A DNA stretch of 41,384 bases. Source: Candidatus Woesearchaeota archaeon. GTDB lineage: Archaea > Nanobdellota > Nanobdellia > Woesearchaeales > UBA583. Below are positions 28,324-35,770 of this stretch, piece by piece (within the stretch, counting starts at the first letter, position 1; every line of letters starts with the position of its first letter). The notes under the pieces were generated by a model that saw only the letters and a list, made by a program, of their open reading frames with translations, did no database searches and was not told where the DNA came from. The translations under genes and the position numbers were made by a program. The DNA lies in contig JBLKOJ010000005.1 of NCBI GenBank assembly GCA_047602745.1, forward strand, positions 1 through 41,384, in the 5' to 3' direction.

Positions 28324-28625
28324 TTTTGTTCAAACTTAACTTTCAATGATTCTGAATCAGGTTTAACTTTTTCGTAAACTATATTTTTAAAGTACTTTCC
28401 TAATACATAAAATATTATTGTTGAGAGTACTAATGTTAAAAGTACTAAATGTCTATTAAAATCAAATACATCAATCATATAAAATATTGAAAATATGAGT
28501 GTTGCAATACTTGCACTATATACTACAATTGAGAGTTTTCTATATAATACAAACCAAATAATAGCTACAATTACTGTGATAAAATATACTAATATTCCAA
28601 CTCCTATTGACCATGTTGCCCCCAT
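28320..28625 (-). CDS. small 3-TM membrane protein, hypothetical
   Basis: Three hydrophobic helices. AGGAGG lies 9 nt upstream of the ATG. Confidence 0.5.
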   Translation of the reverse strand: MGATWSIGVGILVYFITVIVAIIWFVLYRKLSIVVYSASIATLIFSIFYMIDVFDFNRHLVLLTLVLSTIIFYVLGKYFKNIVYEKVKPDSESLKVKFEQK

Positions 28626-28626
28626 T

Positions 28627-28803
28627 TTATAAATTCCTCCTCTTTAAAATATCTGCAATTAAAAATAATGCAGCACTTGCTAAAAAACTTAGCACTACTT
28701 TAATTTCACTTGGAATAAATGCTAAGTATGTTCCAACGAAATATCCTATTGTAATTATTAAAAATATAATTGCAACAGCAGTAAATATTTGTTCAATATT
28801 CAT
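28627..28803 (-). CDS. unlisted 58-aa 2-TM membrane protein (MNIEQIFTAVAIIFLIITIGYFVGTYLAFIPSEIKVVLSFLASAALFLIADILKRRNL)
   Basis: Hand translation of the minus strand. ATG at 28803, TAA at 28627-28629, one nt before the next gene's ATG. Its last codons supply that gene's GGAGG. It falls below the apparent 60-aa cut-off of the ORF track. Confidence 0.45.
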   Translation of the reverse strand: MNIEQIFTAVAIIFLIITIGYFVGTYLAFIPSEIKVVLSFLASAALFLIADILKRRNL

Positions 28804-28825
28804 ATCTGTATTATGATATTAAGAT

Positions 28826-28835
28826 TTATAAATAT
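28826..28835 (+). promoter_or_regulatory. TATA-box-like TTTATAAATA 20 nt upstream of the ATG at 28855
   Basis: Read in the sequence, inside the 51-bp divergent spacer between the 58-aa ORF and the methyltransferase gene. Confidence 0.4.
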
Positions 28836-28854
28836 ATGTCAGTTGATTTTATAG

Positions 28855-29958
28855 ATGAATAAAAGAATTTTTGATAAAAATGATGAACATAATCATTATA
28901 GGGCTTCAAAAAAGTTTAAAACTCAAAAATTCAAGCCAAATGTTTCCAAATTTAATTTTCTAGAACACTACTCAAAACAATTTAAAGATTCTAACAACTT
29001 ACTTAGTCTTCAAAAAGAAATTTTTAGAAAAAAATTTGTAAGATTCAATATTTTAAACGATATTTCAAAAACTAATTCAATTAAAGAGGAGGAAGAATTA
29101 GTTCAACTCTTTAAAAAATCGTATAGAACTACTCTTAAGCAAACTAATATTCCTCATTGTTATGAAATTGAAAAATCTCATTTCTCGTTAAGTGGAAGTT
29201 TTCCAATGATAAGTGGAAGAGCGTATCTGCAGGATTTTCCTTCTCAAATTCCTGTATACTCAATTGATTATTCTCAATTTTCAAACAAAGATTCTCTTAA
29301 GATTATTGATATGTGTTCATCTCCAGGTTCTAAACTGACACAACTTTTTAATGTATTAATTGAGCAAATTCAAAAGGGAGTATTAAAAAAAGATTGCCAA
29401 ATTGAAATAGTAGCTAATGAACTTTCAAAAACACGATTTTCAAGACTTATTAATAATGTTCAAAAACAATTTTCAAGTGAAATTCCAATTACTGTAAAAT
29501 TCATACAATTAGATGCACTTCAATTAGGTAAGATAAAAGAGTTTGAAGAATATTTTGATATAGTATTTTTAGATGCTCCTTGTTCAGGTAATTTTTTGCA
29601 AGAAAGAAATTGGTTTAATAAACGTGATAAGAAAGGAGTTCTAAGAAATTCTCAAATTCAAAAACAACTCCTTGAAGTTGGTAAAAAAGTATGTGCTAAA
29701 TCAGGAGTAATTGTATATTCAACATGTTCAATGGAGGTGGAGGAGAATGAAGAAAATGTTATTTATGCTCAGAAAAATTTAAACTTAAAGTCAGTAGCAG
29801 TGGAGGAGAATCTTTATAATTCATTTTCATATTCAATTAAAAGTATTGAAATTTTAAAAAATATAGAGCATAAAAAATTAATCCAAGACTCAATTAGAAT
29901 TCATCCTCCTTATTCAAAAACTCAAGCATTTTTTGTGAGTATCTTTAAGAGGAAGTAG
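28855..29958 (+). CDS. NOL1/NOP2/Sun-family RNA (cytosine-C5) methyltransferase
   Basis: SAM motif IIDMCSSPGSKLTQL, catalytic motifs FLDAPCSGNF and VYSTCSMEVEENE. Confidence 0.85.
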   Translation: MNKRIFDKNDEHNHYRASKKFKTQKFKPNVSKFNFLEHYSKQFKDSNNLLSLQKEIFRKKFVRFNILNDISKTNSIKEEEELVQLFKKSYRTTLKQTNIPHCYEIEKSHFSLSGSFPMISGRAYLQDFPSQIPVYSIDYSQFSNKDSLKIIDMCSSPGSKLTQLFNVLIEQIQKGVLKKDCQIEIVANELSKTRFSRLINNVQKQFSSEIPITVKFIQLDALQLGKIKEFEEYFDIVFLDAPCSGNFLQERNWFNKRDKKGVLRNSQIQKQLLEVGKKVCAKSGVIVYSTCSMEVEENEENVIYAQKNLNLKSVAVEENLYNSFSYSIKSIEILKNIEHKKLIQDSIRIHPPYSKTQAFFVSIFKRK

Positions 29959-30014
29959 TCGATAAGAGAATTTAGATTTTTATAAGAATTATTATTAATA
30001 TAAATTTAAAAAAA

Positions 30015-30680
30015 TTATTTTTGAGTTTGAGGAGTTTTTAATTCTTTAATCTCAATTGTATATTCTTTAATTTCATCTTTAAGTTGTTCTTTAAGTGCAC
30101 CTTCAAGCATTTGTTGCATTTGAACTAATTGAGCGGGTACTTCAAGAGTAATTGTTTTATCTTTAAGAGTTACTTTGCACATTTCTGGACTTAAACCAAT
30201 TAAAACATAGAGAGTTGTTTCAATTTTTTCTTGTAAATCTTCAATTTTTTTAACAAGTGAAAATGTTACATCAATTTCTTTTCCTGCAAGTGGGTGATTA
30301 AAATCAACCATAACTCTTCCTCTTGATGCTGATTTAACTTTCCCATAATTTCCATCAAAGTTATATACTTGCCCCACTACAATTCTCAAATTTTGTTCTT
30401 TAAATACTTTTTCGGGATATGTTTGATACATCTCTTTTCTTTTTTCTCCAAATGCATCTTTAACATCTAAATGCATTGAAAACTCTTCTCCCATTTTTGC
30501 AGTTACTAACTTTTCTTCAATTTTAGGAAGAAGCATATTATTTCCAAATACTACTTTTTTATTTCCTGTTCCTTTAAGATTATTCTCTTTTGCAATTTTT
30601 TCATCTGTTGTATCAAATACTTTACCTTCACTTGAAATTGTAAGTGTAACTTCTATCATTTCACCATTTTGTAATGTCAT
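30015..30680 (-). CDS. FKBP-type peptidyl-prolyl cis-trans isomerase (SlyD-like, archaeal long form)
   Basis: EGKVFDTTDE..., the insert-in-flap region, and DFNHPLAGKEIDVTFSLVK characteristic of archaeal FKBPs. Confidence 0.85.
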   Translation of the reverse strand: MTLQNGEMIEVTLTISSEGKVFDTTDEKIAKENNLKGTGNKKVVFGNNMLLPKIEEKLVTAKMGEEFSMHLDVKDAFGEKRKEMYQTYPEKVFKEQNLRIVVGQVYNFDGNYGKVKSASRGRVMVDFNHPLAGKEIDVTFSLVKKIEDLQEKIETTLYVLIGLSPEMCKVTLKDKTITLEVPAQLVQMQQMLEGALKEQLKDEIKEYTIEIKELKTPQTQK

Positions 30681-30852
30681 ATCAATATTTAATAAAAAGT
30701 ACTTTATAAAATTTAGTAGAAAATTAATATTATTTAATTAGAAAAATTTACGTTGGCGTTTATATACTTTATCTATTCTGGGCTGAGCCTTAAAAAAAAA
30801 ATGAAATGACATAAATGTTTAAATATCTTTACATATTAGTATAAAATATATA

Positions 30853-31866
30853 ATGGATGATAAAATTTCTAAATCTTCAAAAGAGTATGTGTTAAAAAAA
30901 TCAAATTCTCTTGATAATTGGCCTGAAATTAGAGGATATAACGCAGAAGAGGAGTTTAATTTAGAGAATTTTCTAAAATCACTGACTACAACAGGCCAAC
31001 AGGCAACTGAACTTGGAAAAGCTATTGAAATTACTAAAAAAATGCGAAACGACAAAGCTACAATTTTCTTAGGATTTACTTCAAATGCTGGGACAAGTGG
31101 GATTAGAGAATATATTACGTATTTGTTTAAACATCAAAAAGTGCAAGTTGGATGTGCAACAGTTGGTGCAATTGAAGAAGATATTATTAAATGTTTTAAG
31201 TCATTTGTAATGGGAGATTTTAGAGCAAATGGAGCTCAACTCAGAGAAGAAGGTATTAATCGAACAGGAAATATTTTTATTCCAAATGATAGGTATGTAT
31301 ATTTTGATAAGTTTATGAGAATATTTTTAGAGCGTTTATTTAAACTTCAGAAAGAAACTCAAACAATTATTACATGTACAAAATTTGTGTATGAGTTAGG
31401 AAGAGAATTAGAATTACAACATGTTGAGAATAAAGAGGAGAGTTTTACGTATTGGGCGTATAAAAATAATTTACTCTTTTTTTGTCCCGCTCTTTTAGAT
31501 GGAAGTTTAGGAGATATGGTATATTTTTTTAAAAAAGAACCTCAATTCAGAGATTTTAAAATTGAAATGAGTGAGTATATTGTTGAACTTACAGATTTAG
31601 CTCTGAATTGTGAGAAAATGGGAATTATTGCTTTAGGAGGTTCAATTCCTAAACATGCTCTTGCCAATGCGGGATTATTTAGGGATGGAGCAGAGTATTG
31701 TATATATTTAAATTCAGGGTTAGAGATGGAAGGAAGTAACGCTGGTGCACCAATTGATGAAGCTGTGAGTTGGGGAAAAGTCTCTTCTTCTGCTCAGCGT
31801 GTAAAAGTAGAAGCAGATTTTAGTTTAACATTTCCCTTACTTGTTCTAGGAGGATTTAAAGATTGA
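30853..31866 (+). CDS. dys: deoxyhypusine synthase
   Basis: GFTSNAGTSGIRE...VGCATVGAIEEDIIKC, GGSIPKHA, EAVSWGK motifs of the DHS family. 337 aa. Confidence 0.9.
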   Translation: MDDKISKSSKEYVLKKSNSLDNWPEIRGYNAEEEFNLENFLKSLTTTGQQATELGKAIEITKKMRNDKATIFLGFTSNAGTSGIREYITYLFKHQKVQVGCATVGAIEEDIIKCFKSFVMGDFRANGAQLREEGINRTGNIFIPNDRYVYFDKFMRIFLERLFKLQKETQTIITCTKFVYELGRELELQHVENKEESFTYWAYKNNLLFFCPALLDGSLGDMVYFFKKEPQFRDFKIEMSEYIVELTDLALNCEKMGIIALGGSIPKHALANAGLFRDGAEYCIYLNSGLEMEGSNAGAPIDEAVSWGKVSSSAQRVKVEADFSLTFPLLVLGGFKD

Positions 31867-31883
31867 TAGTTGCTCTGCAACTA
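31867..31883 (+). terminator. hairpin TAGTTGC-TCT-GCAACTA immediately after the dys stop codon
   Basis: Perfect 7-bp stem read in the sequence. A second copy (loop TTT) lies at 32055-32071 in repeat unit 2. Confidence 0.4.
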
Positions 31884-31940
31884 GAATTCTTTTGGCTTAC
31901 TTTTCTTAGCGATTCGTAGATGAGTGTTAAAGAAAAGGAA

Positions 31941-32054
31941 GGATGGAGCATGTTTGGTTGGGGAAAGATTAAGGGTAATTCAATGTCAGTTAAAGTAGAA
32001 GCAGATTTTTCATTGACTTTTCCAATGTTAGTACTAGGAGGATTTAAAGATTGA
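31941..32054 (+). pseudogene. relic 3' end of a diverged deoxyhypusine synthase gene (about the last 38 codons, frame broken upstream)
   Basis: 31956-32054 translates to GWGKIKGNSMSVKVEADFSLTFPMLVLGGFKD*, versus SWGKVSSSAQRVKVEADFSLTFPLLVLGGFKD* in the live gene. Most differences in the last 21 codons are synonymous. Confidence 0.65.
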
Positions 32055-32194
32055 TAGTTGCTTTGCAACTAGAATTCTTTTGGCTGTCGTTTTCTTAGTG
32101 ACTTGAAAAGGAACGTTAAAGAAAAGGAAGGATGGAGCATGTCTCATGGGGTAAAGTATCTTCTTCAGTTCGGGTATTGAAAAAATAGCAATGC

Positions 32195-32202
32195 TTATAA
32201 AT
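32195..32202 (+). promoter_or_regulatory. TATA-box-like TTATAAAT 21 nt upstream of the mntA ATG
   Basis: Read in the sequence, directly after the repeat stub. Confidence 0.4.
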
Positions 32203-32222
32203 TTTCAAATCATTAGTATTAT

Positions 32223-32531
32223 ATGGAAAACCTCAATAAAGAGATAATTTTGAAAACTTTACATGAACATAGAGACTTAATTAGAAAATTTGGAGTTAAG
32301 AAATTAATTTTATTCGGTTCATATGCAAGAGATGAACAGAAAGAAACATCTGATATCGATTTTTTAGTTGAATTTGGAGAAGGAAAATACAACATTGATA
32401 ATCATTTAGGTTTATTATATTTATTAGAAAACTTATTTAACAAAAAAATAGATTTAGTAAAACCTCATTTAGTAAGAAGTGAATTAAAAGATGATATTTT
32501 AGGTGGAATCCAACATGTTGCGGAAATATAA
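32223..32531 (+). CDS. mntA: MNT-type nucleotidyltransferase antitoxin (type VII TA)
   Basis: Minimal nucleotidyltransferase motif LFGSYARDE...SDIDFLVEF. Overlaps the downstream HEPN gene. Confidence 0.85.
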   Translation: MENLNKEIILKTLHEHRDLIRKFGVKKLILFGSYARDEQKETSDIDFLVEFGEGKYNIDNHLGLLYLLENLFNKKIDLVKPHLVRSELKDDILGGIQHVAEI

Positions 32532-32883
32532 TCTATTTTTAAAGGATATATTAGAGAATATTAATGATATAAAGGAGTTCATTAAAGATTATACATTTGA
32601 AGAGTTCATAGAAGATAAAAAGACAATTAATGCTGTTACAAGGAGTTTTGAAATAATCGGAGAAGCTGTTGCAAAACTTCCAGATAATTTGAAAAGTAAA
32701 TACAATTATGTTCCATGGAAAGATATTAAAAATTTTAGGAATATAATAATTCATCAATATTGGAGTGTGGATTATGAAGCTGAATGGAGTATTATTAAAA
32801 CAAAATTGGATATACTAGAAAAACAGATTAAAGAAATAATTGAAAAGGAAAAAATAGAAGAAACAGAAGTAAAATATAAGTAA
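32503..32883 (+). CDS. hepT: HEPN (DUF86) RNase toxin
   Basis: Rx4H motif FRNIIIHQY. Canonical pairing with an upstream MNT. The true start may be the Met at 32515. Confidence 0.85.
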   Translation: MESNMLRKYNLFLKDILENINDIKEFIKDYTFEEFIEDKKTINAVTRSFEIIGEAVAKLPDNLKSKYNYVPWKDIKNFRNIIIHQYWSVDYEAEWSIIKTKLDILEKQIKEIIEKEKIEETEVKYK

Positions 32884-33308
32884 ATGAAATCACCTCAAAT
32901 CGTTCCTTTCAGTCACTCGTTTCAAATTGGCTGTCGCAATCTCTCTATTTTACCCTCCTTACAGTCGGGAGAACTCAAAAACATCTCCAAGAAATTTGCT
33001 TAGCAAACTTCTCTTCGATAACGACTTGCAGTCTCTCGCTTATGCTCGGGCAATACAACAAATGGTTTAACAGAAATTCCTGCCGAATTTTCCCAAATTT
33101 TTCCTACGGCAAAACTTCTCTAAATTCCGATGTTGTATCCAATAAAAGCGAATTTTTGAAGTAATTTGAAATAAGGCTAAGTAGTAAGAAAAGTTTTTAT
33201 AATCAGTTATCTTTTCTTAAGATCTGGAAATTCCCAAAGAAATTAAAATTGTAAACGATACTATTTAAATTACTTCTCAAAGTAATAATTATGAGATTTT
33301 TCAATTTC

Positions 33309-34166
33309 TTATTCAATCTGTTTTAAATACTTTTTAGCAATGTAATCTACAAATTGATAATTCTCTAGTTTGCTATTTGCTCTTTCAAGTGCATCATAGT
33401 ATTGTTTTCTTTTCTTGTAATCAATATCTAACATTGGATAATCATTTTTATGTAATATATAATTCATTAATAATCTTGAAATTCTTCCATTTCCATCACT
33501 AAAGGGATGAATTGTAACAAATTTTAGATGACTCAGAGCAGCTAATCTTACAGGATGAATATTGTTTTTATTGTTATCATACCATTTAAAAAATTCATTT
33601 AATTCTTCTTCAACCTTTGAATAATGGCAAAAAACTGTTGAAGCACTCAAAACTTTGACATTATGATTTCGAATTTTACCTGAGATATCAGGATAAGTCT
33701 CTTGAAATAATTTTTTATGCCAGTTTAAAATACTTTTCAAACTAATTTCTTTTTCTTGTAATATCTCAAAAAAGACTTTGTAATGAGTTTTTGAAAGCTT
33801 AATATCATTTAAATCTTTATTTGGGTTTATATTTTCTTCAATTAAATGAACTGTATCTTTGAAATTTAGACTAGAACCTTCAATTGCTTGTGAATTGTAT
33901 GTAAATTTAATAGCAAATTGGGATAAATACTTATTTTTATAACTCTGAGGCATATTCTCAATCTCTTTTTTATTTTGTTTTCGCTTTTTTTCAATTGCAT
34001 TCTCAAATCTTTTTCTAAATACCTCCTCTTCAAACTCTTCTTGCATCATTGTAATATTTTTTGGAACTTCTTTTCCTACATATTTTTCAAAAGTTTTAGT
34101 ACTAGAATTTTCTCTAAAAGAATACTGAAAGTAATAATATTGATTCTTTTCAATAATTTTAACCAT
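33309..34166 (-). CDS. Fic/DOC family protein, class II (intramolecular inhibitory helix)
   Basis: Fic motif HPFSDGNGRISR. N-terminal SQAIEG matches the [ST]xxxE[GN] inhibitory motif. Confidence 0.9.
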   Translation of the reverse strand: MVKIIEKNQYYYFQYSFRENSSTKTFEKYVGKEVPKNITMMQEEFEEEVFRKRFENAIEKKRKQNKKEIENMPQSYKNKYLSQFAIKFTYNSQAIEGSSLNFKDTVHLIEENINPNKDLNDIKLSKTHYKVFFEILQEKEISLKSILNWHKKLFQETYPDISGKIRNHNVKVLSASTVFCHYSKVEEELNEFFKWYDNNKNNIHPVRLAALSHLKFVTIHPFSDGNGRISRLLMNYILHKNDYPMLDIDYKKRKQYYDALERANSKLENYQFVDYIAKKYLKQIE

Positions 34167-34370
34167 AATATGTATTGTCTGACATTATTAATAAATTTAT
34201 GTATTTTGATAAAAATGTCAGATAAAGAATATAATCAATTAACATTTCTCATAGATCATCTACAGTTCTTAAAAGTTTAAATAATATTATCTAAACCATC
34301 TCTTAGAGAATTAACTATCAAATATTCCAATAACTTTATAATACTATAATTCATAGTAATATATAGTAAA

Positions 34371-34616
34371 ATGGTTCAAACAACAATTAATTTAGGAGAA
34401 ATTGAAAATGGATTTGTTGAAATGTTTAAAGCTCAAAGAAATTTGAGTAATAAAAATGAAGCAATAAACAAAATTATTGAAGAATTTAAAGCACTCAAAA
34501 AAGAAGAGTTTCAAGAGAAAATGTTATCTTTTGAGTGTTCATTATTATCTGAAAAAGCTCTTGCAGAAGACTGGTTATCAAAAGAAGATGAGGAGGCTTT
34601 TGCTTATTTACAATGA
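34371..34616 (+). CDS. putative antitoxin of the downstream PemK/MazF-like toxin
   Basis: 81 aa. Its stop overlaps the toxin start (ATGA). The acidic C-terminus LSEKALAEDWLSKEDEEAFAYL resembles archaeal antitoxin tails. TATA-like TTTATAAT lies at 34335-34342. Confidence 0.5.
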   Translation: MVQTTINLGEIENGFVEMFKAQRNLSNKNEAINKIIEEFKALKKEEFQEKMLSFECSLLSEKALAEDWLSKEDEEAFAYLQ

Positions 34617-34930
34617 GCAGAGATATTTACTTAGTTGAATTTCCATTTAGTAATATTTCATCTACTAAAAAAAGACCTGCATTATTAGTTAGTAATTTAA
34701 AAGGTGAAAATGATATATTTATTCAAATATCAACTAAAGAAAAATTAACTAAAGACTATCAAATTAATTTATTAAAAACAGATTGTGAGGGAGAAATTAA
34801 ATTTGATTCATATATCAATTGTGATATGATATTTACATTACATAAAGATTTAATAATTAGAAAAATAGGTTCAATATCAGATAAAAAATCAAAAGAAGTT
34901 GAAAATATATTACAATCTTTATTTAAGTAA
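34613..34930 (+). CDS. PemK/MazF-family endoribonuclease toxin
   Basis: N-terminal DIYLVEFPFSN...KKRPALLVSN pattern and a size (105 aa) typical of MazF/PemK. Confidence 0.75.
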   Translation: MSRDIYLVEFPFSNISSTKKRPALLVSNLKGENDIFIQISTKEKLTKDYQINLLKTDCEGEIKFDSYINCDMIFTLHKDLIIRKIGSISDKKSKEVENILQSLFK

Positions 34931-34949
34931 TGATTCAATAAAAATATTC

Positions 34950-34969
34950 AAGTTTTGTATACAAAACTT
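34950..34969. terminator. perfect 20-bp palindrome AAGTTTTGTATACAAAACTT between convergent genes (bidirectional hairpin)
   Basis: Read in the sequence. It lies in the 46-bp gap between the MazF-like stop (34930) and the tfs stop (34977). Confidence 0.5.
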
Positions 34970-34976
34970 AAAACAA

Positions 34977-35294
34977 CTACATATAATCACGCCATTGGTG
35001 TCCACATTTTTCACATTTGTAAAACTGAGTTTCAGGTTCATCTCCAGCTCTCATCTGTTTAGTCCAGAAATATGCTTTATTGTGTTCACATTTAGGACAA
35101 GTTGCATCAGCGAGAGGATTAACTTCAGCTTCTGCGTCATCTCCTAATACTTCAAGCACTTTTTTTTTTTCAACTTTTTGAGATAAACTCATATCAGTTG
35201 TTGCCTTATTTACATGTCCACAACTAGAACACTTTATATCTTCTCCTGCTTTACCCATAATCAAAGCTCCACATTTTTCACAAAAATCTACCAT
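34977..35294 (-). CDS. tfs: transcription factor S (TFIIS/RpoM-like transcript cleavage factor)
   Basis: N-terminal Zn ribbon CEKCG...CSSCG. C-terminal TFIIS ribbon CPKCEH...QMRAGDEPETQFYKCEKCGHQW with the acidic DE loop. Confidence 0.9.
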   Translation of the reverse strand: MVDFCEKCGALIMGKAGEDIKCSSCGHVNKATTDMSLSQKVEKKKVLEVLGDDAEAEVNPLADATCPKCEHNKAYFWTKQMRAGDEPETQFYKCEKCGHQWRDYM

Positions 35295-35308
35295 TTTAAT
35301 TAACCTTT

Positions 35309-35695
35309 TTAATTTAGTTTGAGTTTATTTTTAAATTCTTCCATTTCACTTTCTTCGTATGATTGTGTATTTGAAAAATTAAATACTCTAATATCGTCTT
35401 TTATTGGAAAAATATGAATATGTACATGAGCAACATCTTCTCCATAAATAACACTACCTATATTTGTGTTAAAAATCCCCTTATAATGTTTAGAGAGTTT
35501 TTGAACTACTCTTTGCAGTTCACAATATTCATCTTCAGGCATATCTGTAAATCGTTGATACTCTTTTTTTGGAATTATAAGTGTATGTCCTTTGGTAAAT
35601 GGTGATATATCTAAAAATGCCATGTGTGAATTATCTTCATATACAACTGAAGCCGGAATTTCTCTATTAATTATTTTACTAAATATGGTTGACAT
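35309..35695 (-). CDS. HIT (histidine triad) family nucleotide hydrolase/transferase
   Basis: HVHIHIFP histidine triad and the N-terminal IFSKIINREIPA pattern. Confidence 0.9.
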   Translation of the reverse strand: MSTIFSKIINREIPASVVYEDNSHMAFLDISPFTKGHTLIIPKKEYQRFTDMPEDEYCELQRVVQKLSKHYKGIFNTNIGSVIYGEDVAHVHIHIFPIKDDIRVFNFSNTQSYEESEMEEFKNKLKLN

Positions 35696-35770
35696 AACTA
35701 CTTTGAGATTTTTATTTTTAAAAATGTTTGTTGTAATTAGAAATTAGTTTTTAGCAGTCAAAACAAATTA

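Larger units (their letters stand above)
31753..32185. repeat. tandem repeat, period exactly 188 bp, 2 full units plus an about 40-bp stub; each unit = dys 3' coding end + stop + hairpin + about 60 nt
   Basis: TGGGG anchors at 31771, 31959 and 32147. VKVEADF... blocks at 31801 and 31989. Hairpins at 31867-31883 and 32055-32071. Confidence 0.85.

Noticed and set aside
28607-28816. 69-aa plus-strand ORF between the membrane-protein operon and the methyltransferase gene
   Set aside because: The opposite strand encodes a 58-aa 2-TM protein that fits the adjacent minus-strand operon (1-nt junction, supplies the GGAGG for the next gene). The plus-strand ORF would also overlap the 101-aa gene's start and lacks a promoter or SD.
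30819-31055. 78-aa minus-strand ORF overlapping the dys start
   Set aside because: It is antisense to a confidently identified gene and crosses its promoter. No motifs.
31856-32068. 70-aa minus-strand ORF downstream of dys
   Set aside because: It runs antisense across the 188-bp repeat units and the relic dys end. It is explained by the repeat, not by a gene.
31753-32185. Possible CRISPR array or simple slippage duplication
   Set aside because: The period is 188 bp, there is no short repeat/spacer alternation, and the units contain coding sequence. The synonymous codon pattern argues against recent slippage.
32884-33003. 39-aa ORF (MKSPQIVPFSHSFQIGCRNLSILPSLQSGELKNISKKFA) starting right after the hepT stop
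   Set aside because: It is too short, has no SD or promoter and no recognisable features. The region is better treated as noncoding or decayed sequence.
33975-35605. Plus-strand ORFs 33975..34280, 34899..35147 and 35414..35605
   Set aside because: They are antisense shadows of the Fic, tfs and HIT genes respectively. Their translations are low-complexity and F/I/L/S-rich.
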